DNA of 64,000 nucleotides from a virus (IMGVR_UViG_3300014203_000012:1-64000), one strand, 5' to 3'. Positions 17,295 through 27,788 are shown, counted from the stretch's first letter. Numbers and translations: made by a program. The notes: generated by a model not told the origin, from the letters alone.

Positions 17295-17897
17295 ATGAAA
17301 AAATACGAAGAAACAGGTATCGACAATGAAATCCTTAAAGTTATGACCGAGAAGTTACATTACGGTTGGGATACTAGCTTCAGTCGCGATTCAGTTAAAA
17401 TGTTAATTGAAGGCTTGGCTAAATATCTTGGCGAAGTAAAAGATAAGAAAGTTGTAAAAGCTGCTGTATTGGAAGATCTTAAAGGTAATTTCCACTTCGG
17501 CGCATTCGTTGAATATAACCAAACTGAAGATGGTAAGGGCAGCTTTAGCTTAACTTATACATTTGATAAAGATGATATTAAACCAGAATTTGAAAAGGTA
17601 ACTGCGAGCAATCCAGTATTGCATCACATTCTTGCCGATGTTGGTCTTACTAAATATGGTATTAGTTTCAAATCATTTGAAGGTCAAGAATTTATCGTTC
17701 CTACAATGTGCGTTGTTGCTGATTGCATCAAAGCGTATTTACATGCGAATGTTAGTATTGACCCTACAGTTGAGCTAGAAGATTTCTTCGAAGCCACTGC
17801 ACAACTCGATGGTGATGCTGTATATTATAGCTTAACACCATCTGCTATTGTTAAACAACATATCAAAGCGGACGCTGATATTGAAACAGCTGCCTAA
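17295..17897 (+). CDS. Hypothetical acidic protein
   Basis: ORF track; GGGGA RBS. Confidence 0.75.
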   Translation: MKKYEETGIDNEILKVMTEKLHYGWDTSFSRDSVKMLIEGLAKYLGEVKDKKVVKAAVLEDLKGNFHFGAFVEYNQTEDGKGSFSLTYTFDKDDIKPEFEKVTASNPVLHHILADVGLTKYGISFKSFEGQEFIVPTMCVVADCIKAYLHANVSIDPTVELEDFFEATAQLDGDAVYYSLTPSAIVKQHIKADADIETAA

Positions 17898-17987
17898 TAC
17901 TTATTAATATAAGAGATACAGATATTCTGTATCTCTTATAAATTCTATTTAACGAAACTAGTAATTTTTTATAAGGGGCGAACAATA

Positions 17988-18611
17988 ATGATTAAGAAAG
18001 TAAGTATAGGGAAAAAACTAATGGACGTTATTGATGAGCGAGAATATCATAAACGTGCTAAACTTGAAGATCCTTTATTCGAAGATACGTGCGTAGAAAA
18101 AGATGGCTTGCTATATCCAATTCAGAAAAAATATGACGGAACTCCTGGCGTGTATGATGCTGGTCCGTTTTTAAAATTTACCAAACCAGTCAACGACATA
18201 GAACAATACAGTTCTGACAAAATTATTGACTTCAATAATGCAAAAAACTTCAGAGATCTAATATCAAAACAAGACGATCTCAGACATGAAGAAAGAGCCA
18301 TACTTAGTACAGTGAATAACGTCTTTGCTCCTGAAGTGTACGACGACGATACTCCTGAACTTGTAGCCATAAAGCAAATGATTACGTATAAAAATATTGA
18401 TCCCGAATCTTATCGTCATAGATTCGGTGATGATTTTAGTAATAATATGCGACCACTTAAGGACAAGAAAAACAAATCAGTATCGTTCTATAAAGTTAGA
18501 ACGTATTGTACCGTATTTGATACTAAGGCAACTCTTATCATCGAAGATAAAGAGGGTGCTATCAATCCTATGGGGCGAAGAATCGAAATAGAAATCACAT
18601 CGGAGACATGA
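17988..18611 (+). CDS. Hypothetical protein with C-terminal HTH-like domain
   Basis: ORF track; C-terminus paralogous to next gene. Confidence 0.7.
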   Translation: MIKKVSIGKKLMDVIDEREYHKRAKLEDPLFEDTCVEKDGLLYPIQKKYDGTPGVYDAGPFLKFTKPVNDIEQYSSDKIIDFNNAKNFRDLISKQDDLRHEERAILSTVNNVFAPEVYDDDTPELVAIKQMITYKNIDPESYRHRFGDDFSNNMRPLKDKKNKSVSFYKVRTYCTVFDTKATLIIEDKEGAINPMGRRIEIEITSET

Positions 18612-18904
18612 TAAATATGAATACGATTGATTTTAGTAATGAAAAAACAATTTTAGCTACAACGGATAATATCTTCGTTCCTAGTGTGAACGAAGATGAT
18701 TCTCCTGAAATAGTAGCAATAAAACAAATTATTGCTACTAAAAAAATAGATCTTAACGCGTATAAGCATAAGTTTGGTACTGATTATAGTCAGAATAAAA
18801 GAGTGTTAAAAACTGATATTAACACCATGAAAGAATTAGCAGCTAATTTTGATATAAAAGTAACTTTAGTGATACATGACAGCCCAATCCTAGGGGAGGT
18901 ATAA
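18608..18904 (+). CDS. Paralogue of preceding gene's C-terminal domain
   Basis: NIFVPSVNEDDSPEIVAIKQ..KIDLNAYKHKFG vs NVFAPEVYDDDTPELVAIKQ..NIDPESYRHRFG. Confidence 0.7.
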   Translation: MINMNTIDFSNEKTILATTDNIFVPSVNEDDSPEIVAIKQIIATKKIDLNAYKHKFGTDYSQNKRVLKTDINTMKELAANFDIKVTLVIHDSPILGEV

Positions 18905-18910
18905 CATATT

Positions 18911-19084
18911 ATGGAAAATTTAAAAAATAATACCAAATATATTGGGGCATTTGTAAAAGACCCAAATAATCCATCAATCCATCCATCTAGTCGTGATGTA
19001 GATTTCAAAAATATCGAACTTGATTATAGTGTATTGTATAATAATGAAAAATGTGCAGAAGTTTTAGCAAAAAAATATCTTTAA
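18911..19084 (+). CDS. Small hypothetical protein (57 aa)
   Basis: GGGGAGGT RBS; manually translated MENLKNNT...LAKKYL. Confidence 0.55.
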   Translation: MENLKNNTKYIGAFVKDPNNPSIHPSSRDVDFKNIELDYSVLYNNEKCAEVLAKKYL

Positions 19085-19132
19085 TATTAGAGAGTGCAAA
19101 AATTACACCATACCCCACAGGAGGAATAAAAT

Positions 19133-20899
19133 ATGGATCAAGCTGAGTTTATTCACGGATATATTGAGAAAACATCAGATAAGTTTAATACAAAGTTATT
19201 TACCAGATCGGATGAAGAGATCATCCAAGAAATACAAAAAATAGTTCTCTCTTGTCAAAGAGAGAGCTTCTTTACTATCAAAGTGAAGAAATTTAGAGTT
19301 GTTGAAGACTATCGTGAAATAAATGATATTCTTCAAAAATATACAGAATATCTGCAATCTAAGAGTTCCTCTAATTCTAGAGGAGACGAAGATAACAGAT
19401 ACAATTTCATTGACTTGAAATCTTCTGACCTTAAATTGTTAATAGTTACATACTATATAGCAATTAAGGACGAACATGACACGATTGATGTAATCATCGC
19501 AGTACCAAGAGTGGTCGACAAATTCTATTTTAGAATTAACGGCTCCTATTACTCTGCGATGTACCAAATCGTGGATGCATCGACATATAACAACTCAACA
19601 TCTAAAACCGCTAAACATAGCGTTACTTTGAAGACAACATTCCAACCAATAAGAATCTTCAGGAATGTATTAGAAGATAAGACCGCATTGAAAACCACTG
19701 CTAAGGAAGCAGTTAAATGCGTCAACTATGACAATAACACATTCACTAAGTCAGTAGAAACAGCACTATATATCTTAGCTAAAATGGGATATTATGGGGC
19801 TATGCAGTTCTTAGGAATATCTAATTCAATATTCCTTACTGAAGAAGATCCAGGTAATCCTGAACAGTATTATACTTTCCAGCCTAAGAAAACGGCTAAC
19901 GTATTTATCAATGTACCAAGAATGCTATTTGATGGTAATTTTGTCATACAGCATATGGTAAATACTTTATGTGCTAATACACATAAAGATGCGACACTGA
20001 ATGATATGTTTAGTACAGATTATTGGATCTCATGTTTAGGTGGTAACTTTAATCTTACTAATAGTTATGAAAAAGGACTTAGTGTTATACACTCTTTAGA
20101 GCATATATATGATATTAATACAAAGGAACAAATCCATCTTCCTATGGAATTTAAGAAAGATGTATATTGTATCTTGCGATGGATGATTAATGAGTATAAC
20201 AATCTTAAACTCAAAAATAATCTTAATATCATGACTAAGAAATTACGGTGTGCCGAGTACATCGCATCTATCTATGCGGCTAAGCTATCTAAAGGCATTT
20301 ATCGTTTATCAGACCAAGGTAAACGTGCCGATCTTAGTTCAATTAGAAAGGTAATAGTAACTAATCCTATGTTCCTAGTAACTAGTATGACTAGATGCCA
20401 GTTGATAAACTTTAGAAATATTGTGACTGACATGGATTCATTATTAGCATTGAAATTTACGTATAAAGGGATCAGTGGTATCGGCGAGAACGGCGGTAAT
20501 GCAATTCCAGAAATATATAAACTTCTTGATGTTAGTAACATGGGTGTATTAGATCCAGATTCTTCTTCATCAACAGATCCTGGTATTAGTGGATCTATCG
20601 TTCCACTTCTTAAGATCTATGGTGATGGATATTTCTCTGAATTCCAAGAACCATTAACTTGGGATGAGGAGTATGCTAAACTGTATAACTCTTATAAAGA
20701 AACAAGAGGGTTGACAGAGATACTGGAGTTTAAAAAGCTGGTCTTAGAAGATAAGACCGTTAGCGATAATGATATTCTAATGGCAAGAGATTCTGAAGAT
20801 ATTAATAGGGGTCTAGTCTCTATGGTTCTAACCGAAGATGAAGAACCAGAGTATATTGGATTGCCATTAGAGGGATCTGGAAGAATATATTGGGAATAA
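19133..20899 (+). CDS. Non-virion RNA polymerase beta subunit, N-terminal part (phiKZ gp123-like)
   Basis: VPRVVDKFYFRING and MGVLDPDSSSSTDPGISG (beta region D-like). Confidence 0.8.
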   Translation: MDQAEFIHGYIEKTSDKFNTKLFTRSDEEIIQEIQKIVLSCQRESFFTIKVKKFRVVEDYREINDILQKYTEYLQSKSSSNSRGDEDNRYNFIDLKSSDLKLLIVTYYIAIKDEHDTIDVIIAVPRVVDKFYFRINGSYYSAMYQIVDASTYNNSTSKTAKHSVTLKTTFQPIRIFRNVLEDKTALKTTAKEAVKCVNYDNNTFTKSVETALYILAKMGYYGAMQFLGISNSIFLTEEDPGNPEQYYTFQPKKTANVFINVPRMLFDGNFVIQHMVNTLCANTHKDATLNDMFSTDYWISCLGGNFNLTNSYEKGLSVIHSLEHIYDINTKEQIHLPMEFKKDVYCILRWMINEYNNLKLKNNLNIMTKKLRCAEYIASIYAAKLSKGIYRLSDQGKRADLSSIRKVIVTNPMFLVTSMTRCQLINFRNIVTDMDSLLALKFTYKGISGIGENGGNAIPEIYKLLDVSNMGVLDPDSSSSTDPGISGSIVPLLKIYGDGYFSEFQEPLTWDEEYAKLYNSYKETRGLTEILEFKKLVLEDKTVSDNDILMARDSEDINRGLVSMVLTEDEEPEYIGLPLEGSGRIYWE

Positions 20900-20921
20900 T
20901 TTTATTAAGAGGTGGTTTATT

Positions 20922-21155
20922 ATGAGTAATATTTATGAACGTTGTTTCGTGTTCTCCAGAGAACAGATGGATAATAAGATCAAAATAGAAACTTCTAATG
21001 GCGGCAAAAAGCCAAAGTTTGGCACTGTTATCATTAATGGTATTCCTAAAACATATACTGATATAGTATTGTCTATGGATAAGGTGAGATTTTCTGATGC
21101 CAGTCTATTAATTAGAGGCGATATCAGAACTGTCAAATTTACAGAGCCAAAATAA
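20922..21155 (+). CDS. Hypothetical protein
   Basis: GAGGTG RBS. Confidence 0.7.
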   Translation: MSNIYERCFVFSREQMDNKIKIETSNGGKKPKFGTVIINGIPKTYTDIVLSMDKVRFSDASLLIRGDIRTVKFTEPK

Positions 21156-21210
21156 TTACATACCCCTATGAGAAATCATAGGGGTTATTATTTTTTAAGG
21201 GGTGAAAATT

Positions 21211-21495
21211 ATGCAAGAAATAGTACAACGAAACAAGTTCGGTATCTGTCCAATATGTGGTAAAAAACTATTTCTATTTAATTCAACATATCAACTATAT
21301 GCTATGTCTGAGAATGCATGGATATCTAAAGAGCTTGGTAAACATACTGTCTCTAAGGGTATATGTAAAGCATGTGGATTTAAAATGGATATGAAAACAA
21401 CCATAGATGGATTGGTCCCAGTAAATTTTGTAGGAGCATCAACTCCTACTGAAGTACTGAAACCAAATCCAATAGGGAGTGTGCTAAAAGAATGA
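21211..21495 (+). CDS. Zinc-ribbon protein
   Basis: CPICG ... CKACG. Confidence 0.7.
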   Translation: MQEIVQRNKFGICPICGKKLFLFNSTYQLYAMSENAWISKELGKHTVSKGICKACGFKMDMKTTIDGLVPVNFVGASTPTEVLKPNPIGSVLKE

Positions 21496-22046
21496 AAGAC
21501 AAAATAATTGAATCTCTTAGAGTATTTGCAAAAGAGAATAAAGATCTATTTGTACAGCTATTTAGAGATAATCTTATACATGGAGATATTTTAAACCATA
21601 AAGAGTGTTTAGAATTAACAGAATTTGAAGTAAGAAGAATATATGGAAAAGAATATTTCAATAGTAGATTATATATTCAATTTATTATAGGAGTAGCTAC
21701 TATAAAAATAGTAAAATTTAATCAATCCTATAATGGAGCTTTTATATGCGATTATGAAAGAAAAGAGATATTAATAGGAGAAGAGTCATATTTTGTAAAA
21801 CGCATGATAGAATTTTGTAGAGCAAGCAATACAATAGAGGCGATAGACGGGTCTATCAAAGTATATTTATCATCTATTACTGAATTTATTATTTATATGC
21901 TCGCATTGCAAACTGATAATATGGAGTTGGTATTAACAGATTTTTATATAAGATCACATTTAAATTCCATAGTATCAGATATTGTACTTGAAATTGGTCT
22001 TGAAGTTAATAAAATAATAGAAAGTGAGGTAAATGTTAATGTTTGA
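21492..22046 (+). CDS. Hypothetical protein
   Basis: ORF track, ATGA overlap. Confidence 0.65.
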   Translation: MKDKIIESLRVFAKENKDLFVQLFRDNLIHGDILNHKECLELTEFEVRRIYGKEYFNSRLYIQFIIGVATIKIVKFNQSYNGAFICDYERKEILIGEESYFVKRMIEFCRASNTIEAIDGSIKVYLSSITEFIIYMLALQTDNMELVLTDFYIRSHLNSIVSDIVLEIGLEVNKIIESEVNVNV

Positions 22047-22584
22047 TTATATGATGCTAACTAGACTAATGCCTGTAATGTGTGATGCTCAAAGAATGAA
22101 ATATGCTAGTGCTTTAAGACTACCACCTAATGTGGAAACATATCTTAAAGATAATGGTGTAGACCCTAAAGGGTCTATAAATTTCTTTAATGATAAAACC
22201 CAAGAGATCCGTATCTTTATTGTATACGGAGAATGTAAGTATGCTATGATGCACGACATAATCGATAACAAACATACTTTTTGTATCTTTGCTGATTTTA
22301 TTCTTAAAGATGAAAATGATGCTATGGAAATCTTTGAGATAATCGATAATATAGTGCATCTTATCATATCATATGCATTTCCACCAGCTATGTACAAATC
22401 TAAAATAAAATATATTAAAGATACATTCTTAACTACGATCAATGAGCAACTTAAGAATGTATGCACATATAATGTTTGGGCTATTTTCGGTGATAAATTC
22501 TTGGATGATTATAAATTATTATACCCAGATGAGGCAAAAGATATTGATAAGATTATGGAAGTTTACGATCAAATTGAAAGATAG
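22033..22584 (+). CDS. Hypothetical protein
   Basis: ORF track, GAGGT RBS. Confidence 0.65.
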   Translation: MLMFDYMMLTRLMPVMCDAQRMKYASALRLPPNVETYLKDNGVDPKGSINFFNDKTQEIRIFIVYGECKYAMMHDIIDNKHTFCIFADFILKDENDAMEIFEIIDNIVHLIISYAFPPAMYKSKIKYIKDTFLTTINEQLKNVCTYNVWAIFGDKFLDDYKLLYPDEAKDIDKIMEVYDQIER

Positions 22585-22587
22585 AAT

Positions 22588-22618
22588 ATAAAGGATATGC
22601 ATTTTGCATATCCTTTAT
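22588..22618 (+). terminator. Hairpin terminator, GCA-N3-TGC apex
   Basis: ATAAAGGATATGCA-ttt-TGCATATCCTTTAT + T-tract. Confidence 0.8.
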
Positions 22619-22628
22619 TTTTTAGTTA

Positions 22629-22644
22629 TATATTATATAGCTGA
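22629..22644 (+). promoter_or_regulatory. Early-type promoter
   Basis: TATATTAT-atagc-TGA. Confidence 0.75.
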
Positions 22645-22679
22645 GTAAGAATAAAAATATAATTTTAGGAGATGTAATT

Positions 22680-22865
22680 ATGCAAACAAATGTAACAATC
22701 AAGGAGACAATTCGAAAGTTTAGAACAACACGGAACCTCAATGATATTCAAAATAATTTCATTAGCTCTGAGGAAGCTGAAGCTTTGACTAAAATTATTC
22801 AGAATATTACTGCTGGTAAATATTCTGAGCTAGAATTACAAAATTTTGTTGGGGGTAATAAATAA
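22680..22865 (+). CDS. Small early protein, paralogous to the C-terminus of the next gene
   Basis: FISSEEAEAL..IIQNITAGKYSELELQNF. Confidence 0.65.
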   Translation: MQTNVTIKETIRKFRTTRNLNDIQNNFISSEEAEALTKIIQNITAGKYSELELQNFVGGNK

Positions 22866-23791
22866 TGGCACAACACACATCTAGAATAACTTATGTAGTA
22901 CCAAAATATCATAATGATTTAATCAAATCATATTGTGCGGCAATAGGTGTGGATAAAGAAGTTTACCTCCAAACTACTGCTAATAATTGTTTAGAAAAAT
23001 TCGATAAAGAAAAACAATCTAATTTTGTAGACATGTTCAATAATTTAGTCTTATCTAAAAGTGTATCCGATGATATATATTCTATATTTGAAGAAGCTAT
23101 GAAATTTTATGGTGCTATAAAATCAGACTGTTTGCGATTTGGCTTATATGAATTAATATACAATCCCGTTTTGACACCTAGATTTAAAGAATTAGTTGCG
23201 ATAGCTAATACACCCCCAAGATCTATAGGATGTAACGTCGCAGCTATTCCTAAATATGTAGTCGAACATATTGCAAAAATGCAAAAATGTAATTCATTTT
23301 ATGGTATCATATTGGGAGACATAGTTCCTTTAGCCGTAGCTAAATTCGTAGAGCTTTATGAGAAAGATAAAGTTATTGGAAACTACACAAGATTCTTTCC
23401 AGAAAATGAGGATATTTTAGTTAAAGTTAAAGTATACAAAGATATCCATAAAATGTCTAAATATTATGGAAATATTCAACGGTGTGGTATTATAAGAAAT
23501 ATGGCTCTTTATTCCGTCATTATGGATGGGAATAAAAAAGAGGAGGTAATTCCTATGAAAGAAGAAGCCATTGTTACACCGCCAGTAAAGGAAAAAAATG
23601 TTATTATATCTAGTGGAGTTAAGTTTGACAATCCAAAAGTAAAAGATGTATTTACACATCTTTTACGAAATACAGATGTGGGAGAAATGTACATATCTGA
23701 AGCAGAAGCTGATTTCATTATTACGGTAATTTGTAATATGATAGGAGGTAAATATACAGAGGAAGAATTAGTAGATTTCGCTAATGTATAA
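22865..23791 (+). CDS. Hypothetical early protein
   Basis: TAATG coupling; C-terminal YISEAEADFI..VICNMIGGKYTEEELVDF. Confidence 0.7.
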   Translation: MAQHTSRITYVVPKYHNDLIKSYCAAIGVDKEVYLQTTANNCLEKFDKEKQSNFVDMFNNLVLSKSVSDDIYSIFEEAMKFYGAIKSDCLRFGLYELIYNPVLTPRFKELVAIANTPPRSIGCNVAAIPKYVVEHIAKMQKCNSFYGIILGDIVPLAVAKFVELYEKDKVIGNYTRFFPENEDILVKVKVYKDIHKMSKYYGNIQRCGIIRNMALYSVIMDGNKKEEVIPMKEEAIVTPPVKEKNVIISSGVKFDNPKVKDVFTHLLRNTDVGEMYISEAEADFIITVICNMIGGKYTEEELVDFANV

Positions 23792-23871
23792 AAATTATAA
23801 AGGATATAACACAATTGCCAATTGGATAAAGGCTAGCGAAAACTAGCCTTTTTCTTTTTTATATTCTAGTT

Positions 23872-23883
23872 GACTCTTATATA
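23872..23883 (+). promoter_or_regulatory. Late-type promoter, ACT variant
   Basis: GACT-cttata-TA. Confidence 0.45.
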
Positions 23884-23903
23884 ATAGGATAGGAGGTAAG
23901 GAT

Positions 23904-26573
23904 ATGAGATTACATAGCATGACTTTATATAACTACATAGGTATATATAATGGTATGGGTATATATATTATTTCTGTAGATTTTACTAAATGTATCAATG
24001 ATATTGTTATTATCAAAGGAGATAATGGATCTGGTAAGAGTACACTTTCAAAAGCTATATCTCCATCAAATGAGGCTAGCTCAGATTATATTCCTGGGCT
24101 TGAAGGTGGAAAAGATATAGCGTATATTATGGATAATGGGGAGATTGTTTTTATATCATATAGATCGCCAGTAAACGCTGAGGGTGAAAGAAAGAAAACA
24201 ACTTGCCATGTCAAGAAGCAATATTTAGATGGGCAATTGATAGAGTTAAATCCGAATGGTAATGTAAATGAAGGTAAGGATATTATCTTTGAACTATTCG
24301 ACCTCGACTCTAGTTTTATTACACTATCTCAATTGTCTTCTGAAGACAGAGGTTTAGCTGATAAGAAGCCTGCTGATAGAAAGAAGTTCATAAATTCTAT
24401 CATGGATTCGTTAGAAGTTTACAATCAAATTTATAAAGTCCTAAGTAAAAAATCAACAACGTTAAAAGCTTTAGTCAATTCGATAAGCACCAAGATAGAT
24501 AATATTGGTAATGTGGAACAGATTCAAAACTCTATCAAGGTATTAGAAAACACATTGGGTTCTATGGAAGATAGAAAAGTTCTTCTTATTGCTAGTATTT
24601 CTACTGCAAAGGAAAAGATATCAAATATCAATAAAGATGGAAATGTTATAGATATTTATAATAGTTTGAATCAAGAATTTTCTAATCTTAATGCGGTTCT
24701 ATCTTCTTCCCAGAATATTATAGATAGTATATTAACAGATAAGGATTTGACTAATTGCGAAAAAGAGCTATATATGGCAAAGACAAGAAAACAAGCTATA
24801 GAAGAGAAGCTTGGCGATCTTAATACACAATCGCTTGCCATCGCTAATGACATTGAAATTAAGAAGATAAAGCTCGGCTCTATTGGCGATATAGAATTAT
24901 ATAATACAATACAAGGGAGAGTGACCGAATTACAGCATTCTTTAGATGGAGCAATTAATATTTTTAAGGCTATAGGATTTGAAAATTATAATGCTGTATC
25001 CGAAGACGAGTATAAGTTCTCTTTAGGTACAATAGATAAGATCAACTTTATGATGGATACTATAAGAGAAAACTTTTCTTATTCTGTGATAGAATCTTCT
25101 TTCAAACATCTGTCTGGTTATCAACGAAAGTATACAGAAGAGACATTGCAGATATTAGTAGCCAATAAACAAGAGGCTGAGAAACTATTGGCTGGGCAAG
25201 AGATACTAAAACGGAGTTGTAAAGATTTTGATACTATTCCTACAGATTGCAACCATATTTCCAATTGCCCATTCATAACTTCAATAGTTAAAGCAAAATT
25301 AAATCTATTGCCTAATAAAGATTATGAAAATTTAGTAGGGTTAAATGAGGATTTGGATAAGGATATAAAACAGTTAAGGATAAATATCAATAAAGAAGAT
25401 GGTCTTCTTGAATGTATTAGATACGTTAAAGAAACTCTAACTATTATACTAGAATCCTACTCGATAATATCTAAGTTTCCAAATATGAAAGATATCGGAG
25501 AAGCTAAATTAAAAAAATTCTTATTAGGTGGTAAAAGTATAGATTTAGATACTAGAGTTTATATGGAATATAGTAATCTTATCTCTATGATTAAAGCTAA
25601 CCATGCCGATATAAAAACATTGAAAGATCAATTATCTTCTATCTCGGCTAACAAAGATATGATAGAAATGATTACAAGCGACCTCAATAAGCTTACCCTA
25701 TCATATAAAGAATTAACTAAGATGAAAGATGAATATATTACCCAAGTATTTGTTTTTGGTACTCGTATTATAGATTTGGAAAGAGATATAGATAGGATAA
25801 AATACATCTTAGAAGAGAAGGCTAAAATGAAAATTAGAATAGAAAGGAAAAAAGAGTTAGCTATTCAATTACCTAAACTAAACAACAGCTATATCGAAGC
25901 TCAAAACCTCAATCAAAGCATATCTAACAATATGATCGAATTGCAAGAACTTAATAGTAATACCATTCCAGAGGTATCAAACGAGATTAATAAGAATAAG
26001 TATAAAATAGTTCTACATACTGACTATATTAAGGAGTATACCGAATATACTAAACAGTATGATATGGTAGAAACTATTAAGTATTATAGCTCACCCACCA
26101 CTGGCATACAGACGATATTTATGGAAATCTATATGAATGATATCATTAAGATTTCTAATGAACTTCTAACTATGCTATTTGCTGGTGAATACGTATTACA
26201 TCCATTCACAATTAATGAAACTGAATTTAGAATACCATGTTTGGGTAAGGGTATAATAAACGATGATGTATCGTCTATGTCTACAAGCCAAGTGTGTATG
26301 ATATCTATGATACTTAGTTTTGCTTTGCTGAATAAAGCATCAGATAGATTCAATATTGTTAAGATAGATGAAATGGATGGAGGATTAGATACTAATAATA
26401 GATTACAGTTTATCGTCTTATTAAGAAAAATGATGCAGTTATTAAACTATACTCAATGCATAATGATATCTCATAATACAGAACTTACAATGTGCAATGC
26501 TGACATAATTGTATTGCGTAATAGCGATGTAAATCTTAAACTAGACGGTAATGTTATATTTGAAATGCCGTAA
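23904..26573 (+). CDS. sbcC: SbcC/Rad50-like SMC ATPase
   Basis: Walker A GDNGSGKST, long coiled coil with central C-x4-C(PF) hook, MSTSQ signature, IDEMDGGLD, ISH. Confidence 0.88.
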   Translation: MRLHSMTLYNYIGIYNGMGIYIISVDFTKCINDIVIIKGDNGSGKSTLSKAISPSNEASSDYIPGLEGGKDIAYIMDNGEIVFISYRSPVNAEGERKKTTCHVKKQYLDGQLIELNPNGNVNEGKDIIFELFDLDSSFITLSQLSSEDRGLADKKPADRKKFINSIMDSLEVYNQIYKVLSKKSTTLKALVNSISTKIDNIGNVEQIQNSIKVLENTLGSMEDRKVLLIASISTAKEKISNINKDGNVIDIYNSLNQEFSNLNAVLSSSQNIIDSILTDKDLTNCEKELYMAKTRKQAIEEKLGDLNTQSLAIANDIEIKKIKLGSIGDIELYNTIQGRVTELQHSLDGAINIFKAIGFENYNAVSEDEYKFSLGTIDKINFMMDTIRENFSYSVIESSFKHLSGYQRKYTEETLQILVANKQEAEKLLAGQEILKRSCKDFDTIPTDCNHISNCPFITSIVKAKLNLLPNKDYENLVGLNEDLDKDIKQLRININKEDGLLECIRYVKETLTIILESYSIISKFPNMKDIGEAKLKKFLLGGKSIDLDTRVYMEYSNLISMIKANHADIKTLKDQLSSISANKDMIEMITSDLNKLTLSYKELTKMKDEYITQVFVFGTRIIDLERDIDRIKYILEEKAKMKIRIERKKELAIQLPKLNNSYIEAQNLNQSISNNMIELQELNSNTIPEVSNEINKNKYKIVLHTDYIKEYTEYTKQYDMVETIKYYSSPTTGIQTIFMEIYMNDIIKISNELLTMLFAGEYVLHPFTINETEFRIPCLGKGIINDDVSSMSTSQVCMISMILSFALLNKASDRFNIVKIDEMDGGLDTNNRLQFIVLLRKMMQLLNYTQCIMISHNTELTMCNADIIVLRNSDVNLKLDGNVIFEMP

Positions 26574-26589
26574 AAAGGAGAGTGCAAAA

Positions 26590-26745
26590 ATGTTTATTCC
26601 AAAAGAATGTTATAATGCATATGGTGTAGATTTGGATGGTTGTATCACACAAGAGAATGAAGGGTGTTCTAAATGTTATTATAGAAAACGAAAAGAACAA
26701 GAACACACCGCTCAAGTAAAACGATCTGAAGCGAATATTAAATAA
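26590..26745 (+). CDS. Small Cys-rich protein
   Basis: AGGAG RBS; four Cys. Confidence 0.5.
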   Translation: MFIPKECYNAYGVDLDGCITQENEGCSKCYYRKRKEQEHTAQVKRSEANIK

Positions 26746-26750
26746 TATAT

Positions 26751-26779
26751 AAGAGATATAGCATAATGCTATATCTCTT
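26751..26779. terminator. Bidirectional terminator, GCA-TAA-TGC apex
   Basis: AAGAGATATAGCA-taa-TGCTATATCTCTT between convergent genes. Confidence 0.8.
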
Positions 26780-26787
26780 TATTTTTT

Positions 26788-27750
26788 CTAATATTCATCA
26801 ATTGCTCTATTACCAATAAGAACTAATGGGAAATCCATATTAGCTGAAGTGTTTCTAGCAACTCCAGATCTAACGTCTATTCTCATTTGCTGCAATAGAA
26901 AATCTGCAGGTCTTGGAACGTTAGGTACAGACTGTCCAGTTGAAGTATCCATTATATCAAAATATTTATCTTGCGTTTCTTGGTTGTATATAACAACAGC
27001 TTTAATGAAAGGATTATTTTCCATACTCATAGCATTCTGTTCTGGTGTTATATTACGCAGATAGTTTTCATATCCAGGTTCCCCACTAATAGGTTTGATG
27101 TCATTATCAATACCTATTCCAACCATACCCATAGTTGGACTATTAATTTGCATAGGGGTTATACCGCCGAATGGCATGCCCATACCTTGAACTGAACCGA
27201 CAGGAGTATTGATGAATGCATTATACATATCCATGATTTTTTTATCATCGTCATCCTTGTCATTAAGTTTGAATTCCTTAACCCGTTTCATATCAAGGTT
27301 ATGGCAGTTAGTAATAACAGAGTTTATTTCTCTAATAGCAGAAATCTTATTACCAACTAATCCTGCAGCGGCACCAGTTAAATCGCATAAATAATTATAT
27401 TTATTCTTAAGAGTTTTACTAGCACGGACCAAATGCAAATCTGCTTGTATATTGGCACTAAGACCATCAATCTGATTGATAGATGCGGCTAGCATATTTG
27501 TAGTATCTTCATATGTTTTTCTATATGATATATTACCATCGATAGGGGATAGTTCTGCTCTACCCTCAACTGCAACATATTCACCGCTACCATCATCTAT
27601 TCTTTTTTTACTAGGAGGGCGACCTCTTTTTTTAGCTGGCTCTTCAGTATTAGCTAGACTTAGAGCTTCTTCATCGTTGTTTACAAAGAATTTACTATTA
27701 AAGCCAAAACTAGTCGGTTCGACCCTGGATACTATTTTCTTTAATTCCAT
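26788..27750 (-). CDS. AT-hook-containing protein with coiled coil and G/M/P-rich segment
   Basis: KKRGRPPSKK; late promoter. Confidence 0.7.
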   Translation of the reverse strand: MELKKIVSRVEPTSFGFNSKFFVNNDEEALSLANTEEPAKKRGRPPSKKRIDDGSGEYVAVEGRAELSPIDGNISYRKTYEDTTNMLAASINQIDGLSANIQADLHLVRASKTLKNKYNYLCDLTGAAAGLVGNKISAIREINSVITNCHNLDMKRVKEFKLNDKDDDDKKIMDMYNAFINTPVGSVQGMGMPFGGITPMQINSPTMGMVGIGIDNDIKPISGEPGYENYLRNITPEQNAMSMENNPFIKAVVIYNQETQDKYFDIMDTSTGQSVPNVPRPADFLLQQMRIDVRSGVARNTSANMDFPLVLIGNRAIDEY

Positions 27751-27776
27751 AATTCTCTAACCACCTTAGTTTATTT

Positions 27777-27788
27777 TATTTAAGTGTT
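27777..27788 (-). promoter_or_regulatory. Late-type promoter
   Basis: AACA-cttaaa-TA. Confidence 0.7.
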
